A stretch of DNA of 64,000 nt. Source: Nitrososphaeria archaeon. Lineage in GTDB: Archaea; Thermoproteota; Nitrososphaeria; JACIWG01. The notes under the pieces are model-generated. The model did no database searches and was not told the origin of the DNA. It worked only from the letters and a program-made list of their open reading frames with translations. A program made the translations under genes and the position numbers. Position 1 is the stretch's first letter; each line of letters opens with the position of its first letter. Shown one piece after another: positions 17,901 to 27,497 of this stretch. Location of the stretch: positions 47,930-111,929 of the forward strand of contig CAVVXT010000007.1 of the NCBI GenBank assembly GCA_963752255.1. The letters are read 5' to 3'.

Positions 17901-19397
17901 ATGATGTCAAACGAAGTGGATAAGGGTTCAAGGACCTCGCTGGACCCCCACATATTCGTAATTTTTGGGGCCACCGGTAACCTCACTCGTAGAAAGCTGT
18001 TTCCCGTCATTTACAACCTATCAGCGAAGGGCACGTTGCAGAAAAAGAACATTATATTAGGTGTAGCACACAAGCAGGATCAAAATGATCAAAGCTTTCG
18101 AATTGAGGGGCTAGAAGTTCTGAGAAACTCAGGTTTACCGACAGACGACAAATTGTATCAGGAATGGTGCAATGAATGCCTATACTACCAATCAATAGGA
18201 AAGGAAAGCATTGAAGACTTCGAAAAACTTGCCGTGCGGATAAAGGTTCTTGAGCAGGAAAGAAAAATCCCAAGTAACAGAATATTATATATGGCGATTC
18301 CTCCCGAATCTTTTTTGAGCACTATCGAGAACTTGGCGAAGGTCGGACTTAACACTAGTGAAGGGTGGACCAGATTGGTTGTTGAGAAGCCTTTTGGAGT
18401 TAACCTTACTTCAGCCCAAGAGTTAAATAGAACTCTCCATCGTCACTTCGATGAATCACAGATATTTCGGATAGACCATTTCCTAGGCAAGGAAACAGTT
18501 CAAAACCTAATGGTATTTCGTTTTGGAAACACACTATTCGAAGAGCTTTGGAATCGTGAGCACATAGAAAGCGTGCAGATTACGGTTGCGGAAGAGGTAG
18601 GGATTGAGGGAAGAGCAAAGCTGTACGAGCAAGTCGGAGCATTAGGGGACATAGTTCAAAACCATCTTGCTCAAATCTTGACATTTGTAGCGATGGAGAA
18701 CCCTGAACTCTATGAAGCCGATGCAATTCACTACGAAAAACTGAAGGTTTTACGCCAGATCGGACCGATCAATCCCGAAGACGTGGTATTCGGGCAGTAC
18801 ACTCATGGAATAGTTGAAGGTCAAGAGGTAAAAGGTTACAGAGAAGAAACTGGCATCCCTCAGAACTTGCAGACGAATACGTTTGCTTGCATGAAGTTGG
18901 AGGTCGCCAACTGGCGCTGGAAAGGTGTCCCATTCTACATTCGAGCAGGTAAACGCTTACCTAGGAGACTTACAGAAGTGGTGATCAGATTCCGCGCTCC
19001 TCCGGTCTCTCTCTTCCGCTCCTTTGAATCGATTTCTTCCATAAAACCTAACATACTAACGATAATCCTGCAGCCGGATGAAGGTTTTGAGCTTCAGTTC
19101 CAGGTGAAAATGGTTGGGTTTCCTATCAACCTTTCAACTCAGAGATTACACTTCAGATACGCTGAATCATTTGGGCCTCTACCTGACGCCTACGAAAATC
19201 TTCTCCTTGAGATTGTGAGGGGAAATCAAACACATTTCGTAAACTCAGAGATGGTTCTAGAATCATGGAGAATCTTTGATCCCCTAACCCGAATGAGCAT
19301 CCCGGTGAATCCCTATCCCGCAGGCACATGGGGGCCATCAGAGGCAGAGGAGCTTTTAAAAAGACATAAAGAGACATGGGATAACAGATTAGATTAG
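17901..19397 (+). CDS. zwf: Glucose-6-phosphate 1-dehydrogenase (bacterial type)
   Basis: IFGATGNL, EKPFG, RIDHFLGKE, QNHL, RWKGVPFY..GK. Confidence 0.95.
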   Translation: MMSNEVDKGSRTSLDPHIFVIFGATGNLTRRKLFPVIYNLSAKGTLQKKNIILGVAHKQDQNDQSFRIEGLEVLRNSGLPTDDKLYQEWCNECLYYQSIGKESIEDFEKLAVRIKVLEQERKIPSNRILYMAIPPESFLSTIENLAKVGLNTSEGWTRLVVEKPFGVNLTSAQELNRTLHRHFDESQIFRIDHFLGKETVQNLMVFRFGNTLFEELWNREHIESVQITVAEEVGIEGRAKLYEQVGALGDIVQNHLAQILTFVAMENPELYEADAIHYEKLKVLRQIGPINPEDVVFGQYTHGIVEGQEVKGYREETGIPQNLQTNTFACMKLEVANWRWKGVPFYIRAGKRLPRRLTEVVIRFRAPPVSLFRSFESISSIKPNILTIILQPDEGFELQFQVKMVGFPINLSTQRLHFRYAESFGPLPDAYENLLLEIVRGNQTHFVNSEMVLESWRIFDPLTRMSIPVNPYPAGTWGPSEAEELLKRHKETWDNRLD

Positions 19398-19400
19398 ACT

Positions 19401-19990
19401 TTATACAAATTCTTGTAGAATATGCGAACAAAGCGCAGCTACGGCGTCTTCCAGTTCTTTTATCGCCCTGTCCACGTCATCACTTTTAAAAATATAAGAG
19501 CTTAAAACTAAAATTGGAGCTCCATAGCTTCTAGGCAAGAGCAGCATTCCTATAGTTCATGCAGCGGTCAACTTCCAAAGGGATAGTGCGTAAACAGATC
19601 TTAGATTTATTATCTTTTCCAGATTTTTAGGAAGAAACTCCTTACAGTAATTCCCAGGTTAACCGGTCATTATCTGTATGTCATCGACCATTTTTACGTA
19701 GGGCAAAACAGCGTCGACTATTGTTGAAGGCCTCAGAGACAGGTAAACCTCCCCTCTTCTATTCCTCGCACCGTTTACCACATCTTCAGAAATCTCTATC
19801 GTTCCTATGTGAACAACGACGATTTTTACTTTCCATGCGTTCTGCTCCATATCCACTCCAAGGTTTCCTGACCATCAAGTGAACTTCATACTCATGACTC
19901 TTAGGAAGCCTAAAAATGAATTGAAGTGAGACGTTGGGAACGAATTTGCCATACATCACATCAAGTTTAATCTTATTCATTTTGCCAATA
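19401..19990 (-). pseudogene. rpe: Ribulose-phosphate 3-epimerase pseudogene
   Basis: LDVMYGKFVPN, EVHLMV, frameshift, IMTG*PG (in-frame stop), EVD, ILVLSSYIFKSDD spread over several frames. Confidence 0.8.
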
Positions 19991-20117
19991 ACATAGAGTA
20001 CAAATCTCTTTGCGCCTCCGCTGGTACTACAAGAGTTTCCATTAAGCTCACTCAGCCCTAGATATGCCTGCCTTTTTAGATCAGCAGAACACTAAACGAT
20101 GAACGGAGGGTAAGAAG

Positions 20118-20792
20118 TTACTTCTCTATTACGATAGAGCGAGTCTTGGCTCCAAGTTGCTTCAAAAGGTTTGTCACAGCTTCAACAAATGGATCCGGCC
20201 CACATACATAAAAGTTCTGTTTGAAGTCCTTAACCTTCTCTTTTAGAAGATCTCCATTTATCCTGCCACTTTCGTATCCTGCCCTTCTTTCTCTAGTCAG
20301 AGTAAAGATCAAGTTTTCACTGTTCTCTCTGAATAACGTCCTTAACTCGTTTTCCAAAATTATGTCATCATAAGTTTTGTTCGAGAATATGAGGGTGTTT
20401 CCAGCTATCCCTCCGTCCTTCTTCAGTCTCCTAAGTATCGCTATGAAAGGAGTGATCCCTGCGCCTCCGGCGATAAATACACCAGGACCCGCATACTGGA
20501 TGGTTCCAAATGGCTCCCTTATGATCAATTCTGACCCCGGCTCTAGTTTATGCAGTTGATCGGTTACACCTTTATGTTCAGGATATCTTTTAATGGTGAA
20601 CTCGAGGACAAGGTCCTCGTTTAGAGAGGTGAAGGTGAACTCTCTAAGCTTTCTCATCCATCCAGCTTTATTTATGGATATGAGTGTGGCTTGCCCTGGA
20701 ATATAATGGAGTCCTTTTGGCTTCTCCAGAACAAACCTTTTAACATTATGTGTAACGTGCTCTGTCATCAGAATTTTTACAACCTGCCTCAT
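20118..20792 (-). CDS. FAD/NAD(P)-binding oxidoreductase (ferredoxin/flavodoxin reductase-like)
   Basis: REFTFTS, GVT, IAGGAGITPF, YVCGP. Confidence 0.9.
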   Translation of the reverse strand: MRQVVKILMTEHVTHNVKRFVLEKPKGLHYIPGQATLISINKAGWMRKLREFTFTSLNEDLVLEFTIKRYPEHKGVTDQLHKLEPGSELIIREPFGTIQYAGPGVFIAGGAGITPFIAILRRLKKDGGIAGNTLIFSNKTYDDIILENELRTLFRENSENLIFTLTRERRAGYESGRINGDLLKEKVKDFKQNFYVCGPDPFVEAVTNLLKQLGAKTRSIVIEK

Positions 20793-21039
20793 AATTGAGT
20801 AAAGGTGTATTCTCGTTTAAAAATGTTTATCTTGAAGGCCGCAAGAGATTTCACATAAAAAGATCGCGACGGCTACCCATTGTTTGTCCTACGCTTTGGC
20901 AGACCACATGACTTGCAGGCTTGAATCTCCTTTGAGTTTATTGAGGTACTTGATCACGCTCACGATAAAGATAATATGAGATAATAATATGAGATGACCC
21001 GATTTTTATCGTAAATCGAGTCTTTAATGTTTAAGGCCT

Positions 21040-21822
21040 TCATTCTATGATTCTTCTAATCGTTACAGAGGCTATGGCCAAGAACAGTACAGTAAAGGCC
21101 ACGAGGACTACAATATCAACAAGAAGATTGGAGTAGTCTCCCGTAAGAAGCATAGATCTTACCGCGTCGACGACGTAACTCAGCGGGTTGAATTTGGATA
21201 TGAATTGCAGCCAGGCAGGCATCAAAGAAATAGGGTAGATAGCGTTACTGGCGAAGAAAAGTGGCATTGTTATCGCCTGACCAATGCCCATCATCCGATC
21301 GCGAGTTTTAAGGAAGGAAGCAAGGATCATCGATAAACTGGAAACGCACATGGCAAATACGACGATCACCGCAAGAACGCCCAATTCATCCAATGGATCG
21401 AACCTTAGGTTAACGCCGATGATCAGAGCTAGGGCGAAAATCATAACAGCCTGGAACAACCCTCTAACACTTGCCGACAACGCCTTCCCAACAATGATCG
21501 AAGACCGAGGCGAAGGTGTCGATAACAGCTTGCTAAGTAGACCGGCGTCCCTCTCCCAGACAACAGTTATTCCATAGAAGATGGCTACGAACAAAACCGA
21601 CTGCGCTAACACCCCCGGTGTAATAAATTGAGTGTAGGTGAAATTTCCTATAAACTGAGTGATCCCTCGGATAGCACTAAACACAGTCCCGAACAACAGA
21701 AGCCAGAGGGCGGGTTGAACAAGACGTGTCCATAATTCTGTGGAGTCATGGCGTATCTTTCTAGCCTCCATCTCTGCTATAGTCAGTGAGCTATTGATGA
21801 ATTCTCTGAACATGTTTCTCAA
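21040..21822 (-). CDS. ABC-2 type exporter permease
   Basis: Six TM segments, ERDAG, P...MP.WLQ...NPLSY. Confidence 0.92.
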   Translation of the reverse strand: MRNMFREFINSSLTIAEMEARKIRHDSTELWTRLVQPALWLLLFGTVFSAIRGITQFIGNFTYTQFITPGVLAQSVLFVAIFYGITVVWERDAGLLSKLLSTPSPRSSIIVGKALSASVRGLFQAVMIFALALIIGVNLRFDPLDELGVLAVIVVFAMCVSSLSMILASFLKTRDRMMGIGQAITMPLFFASNAIYPISLMPAWLQFISKFNPLSYVVDAVRSMLLTGDYSNLLVDIVVLVAFTVLFLAIASVTIRRIIE

Positions 21823-22832
21823 CCCCCATGTCTCATGAAGCTCCGTCGAGTTTGGCGCGCCTGGCTAAAACTCTCTGCCTCTTCTATTCTGACTTTGGCG
21901 TATTTTAGAAATACGTCATCTAAGCTCGGTTTATTCAAGGAAATAGTCTCTACATCAGACCCTTGGGACTCGAAAAATTCTACGATCTTCGGTATAGCTT
22001 CTTCCCCGCTATTGGTCAAAATATCGACTGTTCCTCCTGCATTTCGAACAACTTTCCCTATCTCGGCCGGCAGCAAAGCATTATCAAAACTTCCGCCAAG
22101 CTTAACTGCGACCATGTCGCCCCCCACACTCTTCTTCAATTCTCTTGAGGTGCCTGAGGCAACGAACTTTCCCTCGTTCATAATCACTATCCTACTACAC
22201 AACTCGTCGGCTTCACTCATATCGTGGGTTGTAATGAGTACTGTCATTTTGAATTCCTTGTTCAGATTTTTGATGTTCTCCCACACCTGTCTCTTAGAAG
22301 ACGGATCTAGGCCTATGCTAGGCTCATCGAGGAATAAGACGTGAGGTCTACTAACCACCGCCTCCGCAATCTCCAACCTCCGCATCATGCCACCCGAGTA
22401 GTGTTTGACCAAGTCATTAGCCCTTTCGACTAGCCCCATCTGCTCAAGTGCTTGAGCAATCCTCTCATCCCTGTCCTTCTTACTTACATAGAACAGTTTA
22501 GAGAAGATTAGAAGGTTCTCGTAGCCCGTTAAATCACCGTCAGCTGAAATAGCCTGCGGTACATAGCCCATCATCTGCCTTGCCTTTGAAGGTGAACCTA
22601 ATGCATCGATTCCACATATCCTGATAGATCCTGACGTAGTTCTCGTCAGCCCCATTATCATCTTAATAATCGTCGTCTTACCGGCGCCATTTGGCCCCAG
22701 GAGGCCGAAGATCTCTCCTTCTTGTACAGAAAAATTCACATCATCGACAGCCCTGAAATTTGGTGGATAGACCTTAGTTAGGTCGACTACTTGTATGGCT
22801 GCATTTTGTTCAACTTGAGTGATGGGTTCCAT
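21819..22832 (-). CDS. ABC exporter ATP-binding protein (DrrA-like)
   Basis: GPNGAGKTT, YSGGM, LFLDEP, SLDDVFL; ATG at 22832 preferred as start. Confidence 0.93.
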   Translation of the reverse strand: MEPITQVEQNAAIQVVDLTKVYPPNFRAVDDVNFSVQEGEIFGLLGPNGAGKTTIIKMIMGLTRTTSGSIRICGIDALGSPSKARQMMGYVPQAISADGDLTGYENLLIFSKLFYVSKKDRDERIAQALEQMGLVERANDLVKHYSGGMMRRLEIAEAVVSRPHVLFLDEPSIGLDPSSKRQVWENIKNLNKEFKMTVLITTHDMSEADELCSRIVIMNEGKFVASGTSRELKKSVGGDMVAVKLGGSFDNALLPAEIGKVVRNAGGTVDILTNSGEEAIPKIVEFFESQGSDVETISLNKPSLDDVFLKYAKVRIEEAESFSQARQTRRSFMRHGG

Positions 22833-22983
22833 TGTGAGTGCACCCATCACATTGTTTTATAAAAGTTATGTATTTTTGACTAGGTCTTCTATGCAGAGAA
22901 TTTTCTTGGAGGATAGACTGTAGATGAAGTAGTCCAGCTGACGGCCCTTCACTTAGACAAATATTAACCTCAAAGCGTTAAAG

Positions 22984-23058
22984 CGGGCCCGGTGGGATTT
23001 GAACCCACGACCTACAGCTTAGGAGGCTGCCGCGCTATCCATTCTGCGCTACGAGCCC
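22984..23058 (-). tRNA. tRNA-Arg(CCT)
   Basis: GGGCTCG...CGGGCCC-G; anticodon arm GCAGC-CT-CCT-AA-GCTGT; TTCAAAT. Confidence 0.95.
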
Positions 23059-23551
23059 AACGATAAACCAACAAGTATGGTCTTAAATTCTTTGTCATTA
23101 AAGGAGTTTAGTGTGATGACATGTTATTGAATAATTCTCCAACGATCAATCTGCCTTTAACGCCTTCAAACAATTTGAAAGAGGGTACTTTTTCCAATTT
23201 GTAGAGTTTCACCAGTTGTTCTTCACTGTTATTAGATGTTCTTAGCCAAAGCGTTTAATATATCTTTAATAAAACAATTTTGAATAAAGAAATGTAGATC
23301 ATTTATTCAAATAATATAGGGTAGAATGTCATAAAATTATTCTTTGATTCCTTAACTATGCTTGAAGACGGAAAAAACTATTATTAGGGCTTGTTTAGAA
23401 AGGTCGGATTGTAGTTTTCTGCTTGAGAAATAGTAAACAGAAGACAAGCTTCTAACTTTCAATTTCTTACTTTTTATCTAACTAAACTAATCTTATTCAA
23501 ATTAAGGCAAAATATAAATATTAATTTTAACAAAACACAAGTCTGATTTTA

Positions 23552-24154
23552 ATGGCTGAAGGTTGGAAGTCTAGAAGGTATAAAAGAAGAGGATGGCAGT
23601 TCTTTGGAAACTGGTTTATTGTAGATATAGACGAAATGTTCAAGGAAACAGAGAAGATCATGGAAGACGAATTCAAAGAGCTGTCTATGAAGGCTCCTAA
23701 AAACCTTGTAAGAGAAAGGATGCTTCCAGACGGGACTAAAGTGAAAGAATGGGGGCCCTTCGTCTACGGGTATAGTATTACAGTCGACTCCAATGGGAAG
23801 CCTAAGGTCAAGGAATTTGGTAACATAAAGGTGGAAAGAGAAGATGAAAGGCCTCTATTAGATGTAACAGAGAAAAGAGAGCCTCTACTTGATGTCATAG
23901 CTTTAGAGAAGGATGTCAGAGTTATCGCAGAGCTTCCTGGTGTGCAAAAAGAGGAAATAAAACTCAAAGTTTCTGAGAACATGTTAACTATTTCAGTTGA
24001 CACACCACAGCGGAAGTTCTTCAAGGAAATAGATTTGCCTTCAAAAGTGGAACCTGAAAAGGCTAAGTTAACATATAAAAATGGTATCTTGGAAGTTACT
24101 CTGTCAAAGAAAGGAGAAAGAGAATCAGAAGGAGTACCTATAAACATAGAATAA
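23552..24154 (+). CDS. hsp20: Archaeal small heat-shock protein Hsp20
   Basis: GPFVYGYSIT...FGN, REPLLDV, AELPGV, YKNGILEV, C-terminal IxI. Confidence 0.93.
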   Translation: MAEGWKSRRYKRRGWQFFGNWFIVDIDEMFKETEKIMEDEFKELSMKAPKNLVRERMLPDGTKVKEWGPFVYGYSITVDSNGKPKVKEFGNIKVEREDERPLLDVTEKREPLLDVIALEKDVRVIAELPGVQKEEIKLKVSENMLTISVDTPQRKFFKEIDLPSKVEPEKAKLTYKNGILEVTLSKKGERESEGVPINIE

Positions 24155-24218
24155 GGAACGGCCCTATTTTTTTTATAAAAAGAATTGAGAACGCTGTTAT
24201 AATGTTAATTTTTTGCGT

Positions 24219-24446
24219 TTACCAAGCTTCAAGCAAGGTTTCTGTACTTCTTACACCATCTATAAGGTGAACTCTTGCTATAACATCTAGTACATTGTCA
24301 AAGTCGTTTGCTTCTATGAACACAACCATGTCCACTCTACCGAAAGTTTGAAAAACTTTTTTGATTCCTCTGATTTTGCTTACTTCCTCTTGTATTGAGT
24401 TACCTTTAACAGGTACGGTCTTGACTAATAGACAGGCTTTAAGCAT
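24219..24446 (-). CDS. Stand-alone Lrp/AsnC ligand-binding domain protein
   Basis: FGRVD...I.GVRSTETL pattern; no HTH. Confidence 0.85.
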   Translation of the reverse strand: MLKACLLVKTVPVKGNSIQEEVSKIRGIKKVFQTFGRVDMVVFIEANDFDNVLDVIARVHLIDGVRSTETLLEAW

Positions 24447-24676
24447 TAGTTCTCAATCTCCACAAGGGTTTCGGTAAACACTACTCCGGCTATGTTACTA
24501 ATCTTGATCACATTTCTACCAAGTTCCTTTCCGTTCGAGGTTATAAGGTGGACTACGACGTCATACCTTCCGAGAACAGGGTATGTGTCTACAACGGTTT
24601 CTATGCTCTTTATTCTTTCTATGACGTCTATGAATTTGCCCTTCTCAGTCCTTATCAATATACATGCGTCTACCAT
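24446..24676 (-). CDS. Stand-alone Lrp/AsnC ligand-binding domain protein
   Basis: MVDACILI...GRYDVV...GVVFTETL; ATG at 24676 after GGAG. Confidence 0.85.
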   Translation of the reverse strand: MVDACILIRTEKGKFIDVIERIKSIETVVDTYPVLGRYDVVVHLITSNGKELGRNVIKISNIAGVVFTETLVEIEN

Positions 24677-24773
24677 AACGTCTCCAAAAATTATAGTGTT
24701 CTGCCATATATAAGATTTTAGAACCGATCTAGAAATATTTGTGTGCACCTTTAAAAAGGTGGTTTAGACTTTC

Positions 24774-26633
24774 CTATATGTCAAGGACTGCTTGATCAAG
24801 TATTTTTTGACTTGGTTTTCCTGTGATTGGGTCTAGTTCTCTTGCGGTATAGAATTCTGGGAGCATTTCATCTATTTGGCAAGATAGCCCTTTTGCTGCA
24901 CCATCGGGCACAGACTCTTTGGTGAATCTTTTAGGTAGCCTATCATCTTCGGGTGTTAAGCCCAGTTTGATGTTTAAAAGACGCTCCAAATACCATATTC
25001 TATCTCCGATCTTCAAGATCGTGTCCTTGTCTTCTTTTCTCCCTGTTACTGCGTTGAAAGTTTCTGCAATATGGTTGAAGTCGGTGACGCCGAATACGCC
25101 GAACTTGCACATTCCGATCGAGTCAACGAATGTGCAGAGACTCTGGTGGATAACCTCAACCTTAGTCTTCGAATTGATATCTTTTGGAGCGGTTTCAATT
25201 CCGTATTCAGGTAAGAGTATGTTCCTTTCTACGAGCATTCCCATTCCCTGCAGATGTGAGCCACCTATACTCGATACAGCATAGAGTACACCCATCGTAG
25301 TGAAGAGCCTGGGATTATGCATAGCAACCTCTAAGCCCTTAGTATGTATGGCAAAGTTTTCGCTGCCCTTTCCAACTTTCTTCGAAGCTTCCCTGACGCC
25401 TTCAGAAAGCAAGATACCGATTCCTTCTTTATAGGCCATCATACCGATCAAGGTTATCATCGCATCTGCGTCACCCCATTTTAGGGGAAAACCTATGTCA
25501 GCATCTTTCAAGACACCCTTATCGTAAGCTTCCATGGCCCATGCAATAATGGCGCCAGCTGATATCGTGTCCAAGCCTAAATCATCACAGAGATCATTAG
25601 CTCTGATTATTGCTTCAATGTTGTCAACGAGCGTCATGGAACCAAGTGAAGCTAGAGTCTCATATTCTGGCCCTTTACCCATCGATTCACCATACCTTGA
25701 ATCCTCCATTTTTATCCTTCTCTCACATTGTATTGTACAGAATACGCTTTCTCCACACGTCTTCATTCCACCGTCAAGCTTGTACTTTTCCATAAAAACT
25801 TGAGAAGTTATCTTTTCAGCGCCGAGCCAGTTACCTAAAGACCAATTTTTGATGGGAAGATTACCATTCTGAAGACCACTGATAATGCCGCCACCGGTTC
25901 CGTATGCTTTAAGTCCACCACCTCTTGATGTAGCAGGGGCTTCGATAAGATACTTCTTATTCAATTCAATAAGCTTCTTTTCGTCAGCGACAACAACCTT
26001 TTTATTACCCGATACCGCTATAGCCTTAAGCAACTTAGAGCCCATGACAGCTCCGACGCCTGTACGTCCGAAAGCACGTCGCTCATCGGTTATTATCGAA
26101 GCTTCTTTGACGAGGTTTTCTCCAGCAGGGCCGATTACAGCAATTCTAGCCTTCTGATCGCCTAGGCTTTCCTTCACCGCTTTGCATGTATCGAACACTC
26201 CCTCGCCCCATATATTTGATGCGTCACATATTTCCGGAGAACCATCTATTATCGAGAGAAATATCGGCCTCTTCGCTTTACCCTTTATGATTATCCCATC
26301 GTATCCAGCCTTTTTTAGGACAGGACCAAAGGAGCCGCCTGCAGCTGACTTTCCTATAAAACCAGTTAGAGGCGACCTTGTCACAACAAGAATCTTTGGC
26401 GATGTAGCGGCTAGACCAGTTAAAGGTCCTGCCATAAATATCAGAGGGTTCTCTTGAGAAAGTGGATCAGTATTCTCGTCTATAAAATCGTATAGAATCC
26501 TGGTCGCGTAGCCACCCCCTCCAACATAGAGCTCTACCCATTTACTATTCAGTTCAAGTTTTTTGAATGACTCCTTCTCCAAATCTACCTCAAGTATTTT
26601 TCCCGCATAACCATTATGATTATGCGCTTTCAT
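24774..26633 (-). CDS. aor: Aldehyde:ferredoxin oxidoreductase family (W/Mo-pterin) protein
   Basis: GYAGKIL.VDL, GRTGVGAVMGSK.LKA, GPEYET, DDLGLDTIS, Fe-S cysteines; start taken as ATG at 26633. Confidence 0.93.
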   Translation of the reverse strand: MKAHNHNGYAGKILEVDLEKESFKKLELNSKWVELYVGGGGYATRILYDFIDENTDPLSQENPLIFMAGPLTGLAATSPKILVVTRSPLTGFIGKSAAGGSFGPVLKKAGYDGIIIKGKAKRPIFLSIIDGSPEICDASNIWGEGVFDTCKAVKESLGDQKARIAVIGPAGENLVKEASIITDERRAFGRTGVGAVMGSKLLKAIAVSGNKKVVVADEKKLIELNKKYLIEAPATSRGGGLKAYGTGGGIISGLQNGNLPIKNWSLGNWLGAEKITSQVFMEKYKLDGGMKTCGESVFCTIQCERRIKMEDSRYGESMGKGPEYETLASLGSMTLVDNIEAIIRANDLCDDLGLDTISAGAIIAWAMEAYDKGVLKDADIGFPLKWGDADAMITLIGMMAYKEGIGILLSEGVREASKKVGKGSENFAIHTKGLEVAMHNPRLFTTMGVLYAVSSIGGSHLQGMGMLVERNILLPEYGIETAPKDINSKTKVEVIHQSLCTFVDSIGMCKFGVFGVTDFNHIAETFNAVTGRKEDKDTILKIGDRIWYLERLLNIKLGLTPEDDRLPKRFTKESVPDGAAKGLSCQIDEMLPEFYTARELDPITGKPSQKILDQAVLDI

Positions 26634-26638
26634 TCTTC

Positions 26639-26860
26639 TTAGCCGCCTTCGACTAACGGTAGAATCCAAAGCTCGTCTACGTCTGATACTTCTGCGTTTG
26701 ATTTTACAATCTTCATCTTATTGATTGATAGGACATAATCGTCAAGAGGTACCCCAGACAGTTCTTTTATGTCTCTGATGCATAACTTGCCGTCTAGCTT
26801 TACTTCTTTTTCCTTAAAGCCTAACTTCTCACAAAGTGGGCTAAATACTTTAAGCTTCAT
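26639..26860 (-). CDS. MoaD/ThiS/SAMP ubiquitin-like sulfur carrier
   Basis: Small beta-grasp-like ORF ending LPLVEGG, directly upstream of aor. Confidence 0.85.
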   Translation of the reverse strand: MKLKVFSPLCEKLGFKEKEVKLDGKLCIRDIKELSGVPLDDYVLSINKMKIVKSNAEVSDVDELWILPLVEGG

Positions 26861-26975
26861 TCTGTTATCCTCCACATATTAGAGATATCCAAACATGATT
26901 TTTAACCTTTAATCTTCTCGACACTAACATATACAACTTCTAATATATGCTATTCCTGAATCAAGGCAGGTTATA

Positions 26976-27398
26976 CTACTTCCTTTTACTGAAATATTCT
27001 TTAGCTTTATCAAAAGCTGGCTGAGCCTGTGCTGAAGGTTTCATGGGGGGGACGAAGACACAGTAAATAGTCATCTTTGACTTCGATGAGTTCCTAACTT
27101 GATGCTGTACACCGGCGTGTGCGTAGATCAAGGAGCCTCCGGAAACAGGAGTAACCTTTTCTTTTCCATTAACAATCTCAATAGCATTACCTCTTCCTTT
27201 TACCACGAGTATAATTTCATCGCCTTCATGGGTGTGCAAGCTCGTTGAACCTTTAGGCTCGAAAGTGACAAACAAAACGGTTGCCTTGTCGCTACCGTTA
27301 ATGTCTGGATGAAGTGCAACCCTATACTCTCTCGGGTTCGGTGGTGCTAACGAAACTCGAGGGATATCCTTTGTATATATTACAACCATATTAATCAA
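26976..27398 (-). CDS. Cupin domain protein
   Basis: HTHEGDE...G...HQVRN metal-binding cupin motifs. Confidence 0.88.
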   Translation of the reverse strand: MINMVVIYTKDIPRVSLAPPNPREYRVALHPDINGSDKATVLFVTFEPKGSTSLHTHEGDEIILVVKGRGNAIEIVNGKEKVTPVSGGSLIYAHAGVQHQVRNSSKSKMTIYCVFVPPMKPSAQAQPAFDKAKEYFSKRK

Positions 27399-27497
27399 AC
27401 GGAACTCTACTTTAAATGTATATAAACAATTTGATAGGTTTGCCAGCGGATAAAAGACATATTAAGTTCCTGATGATGCTGCATGCTTTAGATTTGC

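Noticed and set aside
20970-20996. Short duplication ataatatgagat x2
   Set aside because: Only two copies in AT-rich DNA; probably local slippage
26634-26669. N-terminal extension of AOR (MDSTVSRRRLRR) as a Tat signal
   Set aside because: It overlaps the MoaD gene and has no hydrophobic core; the real start is probably 26633
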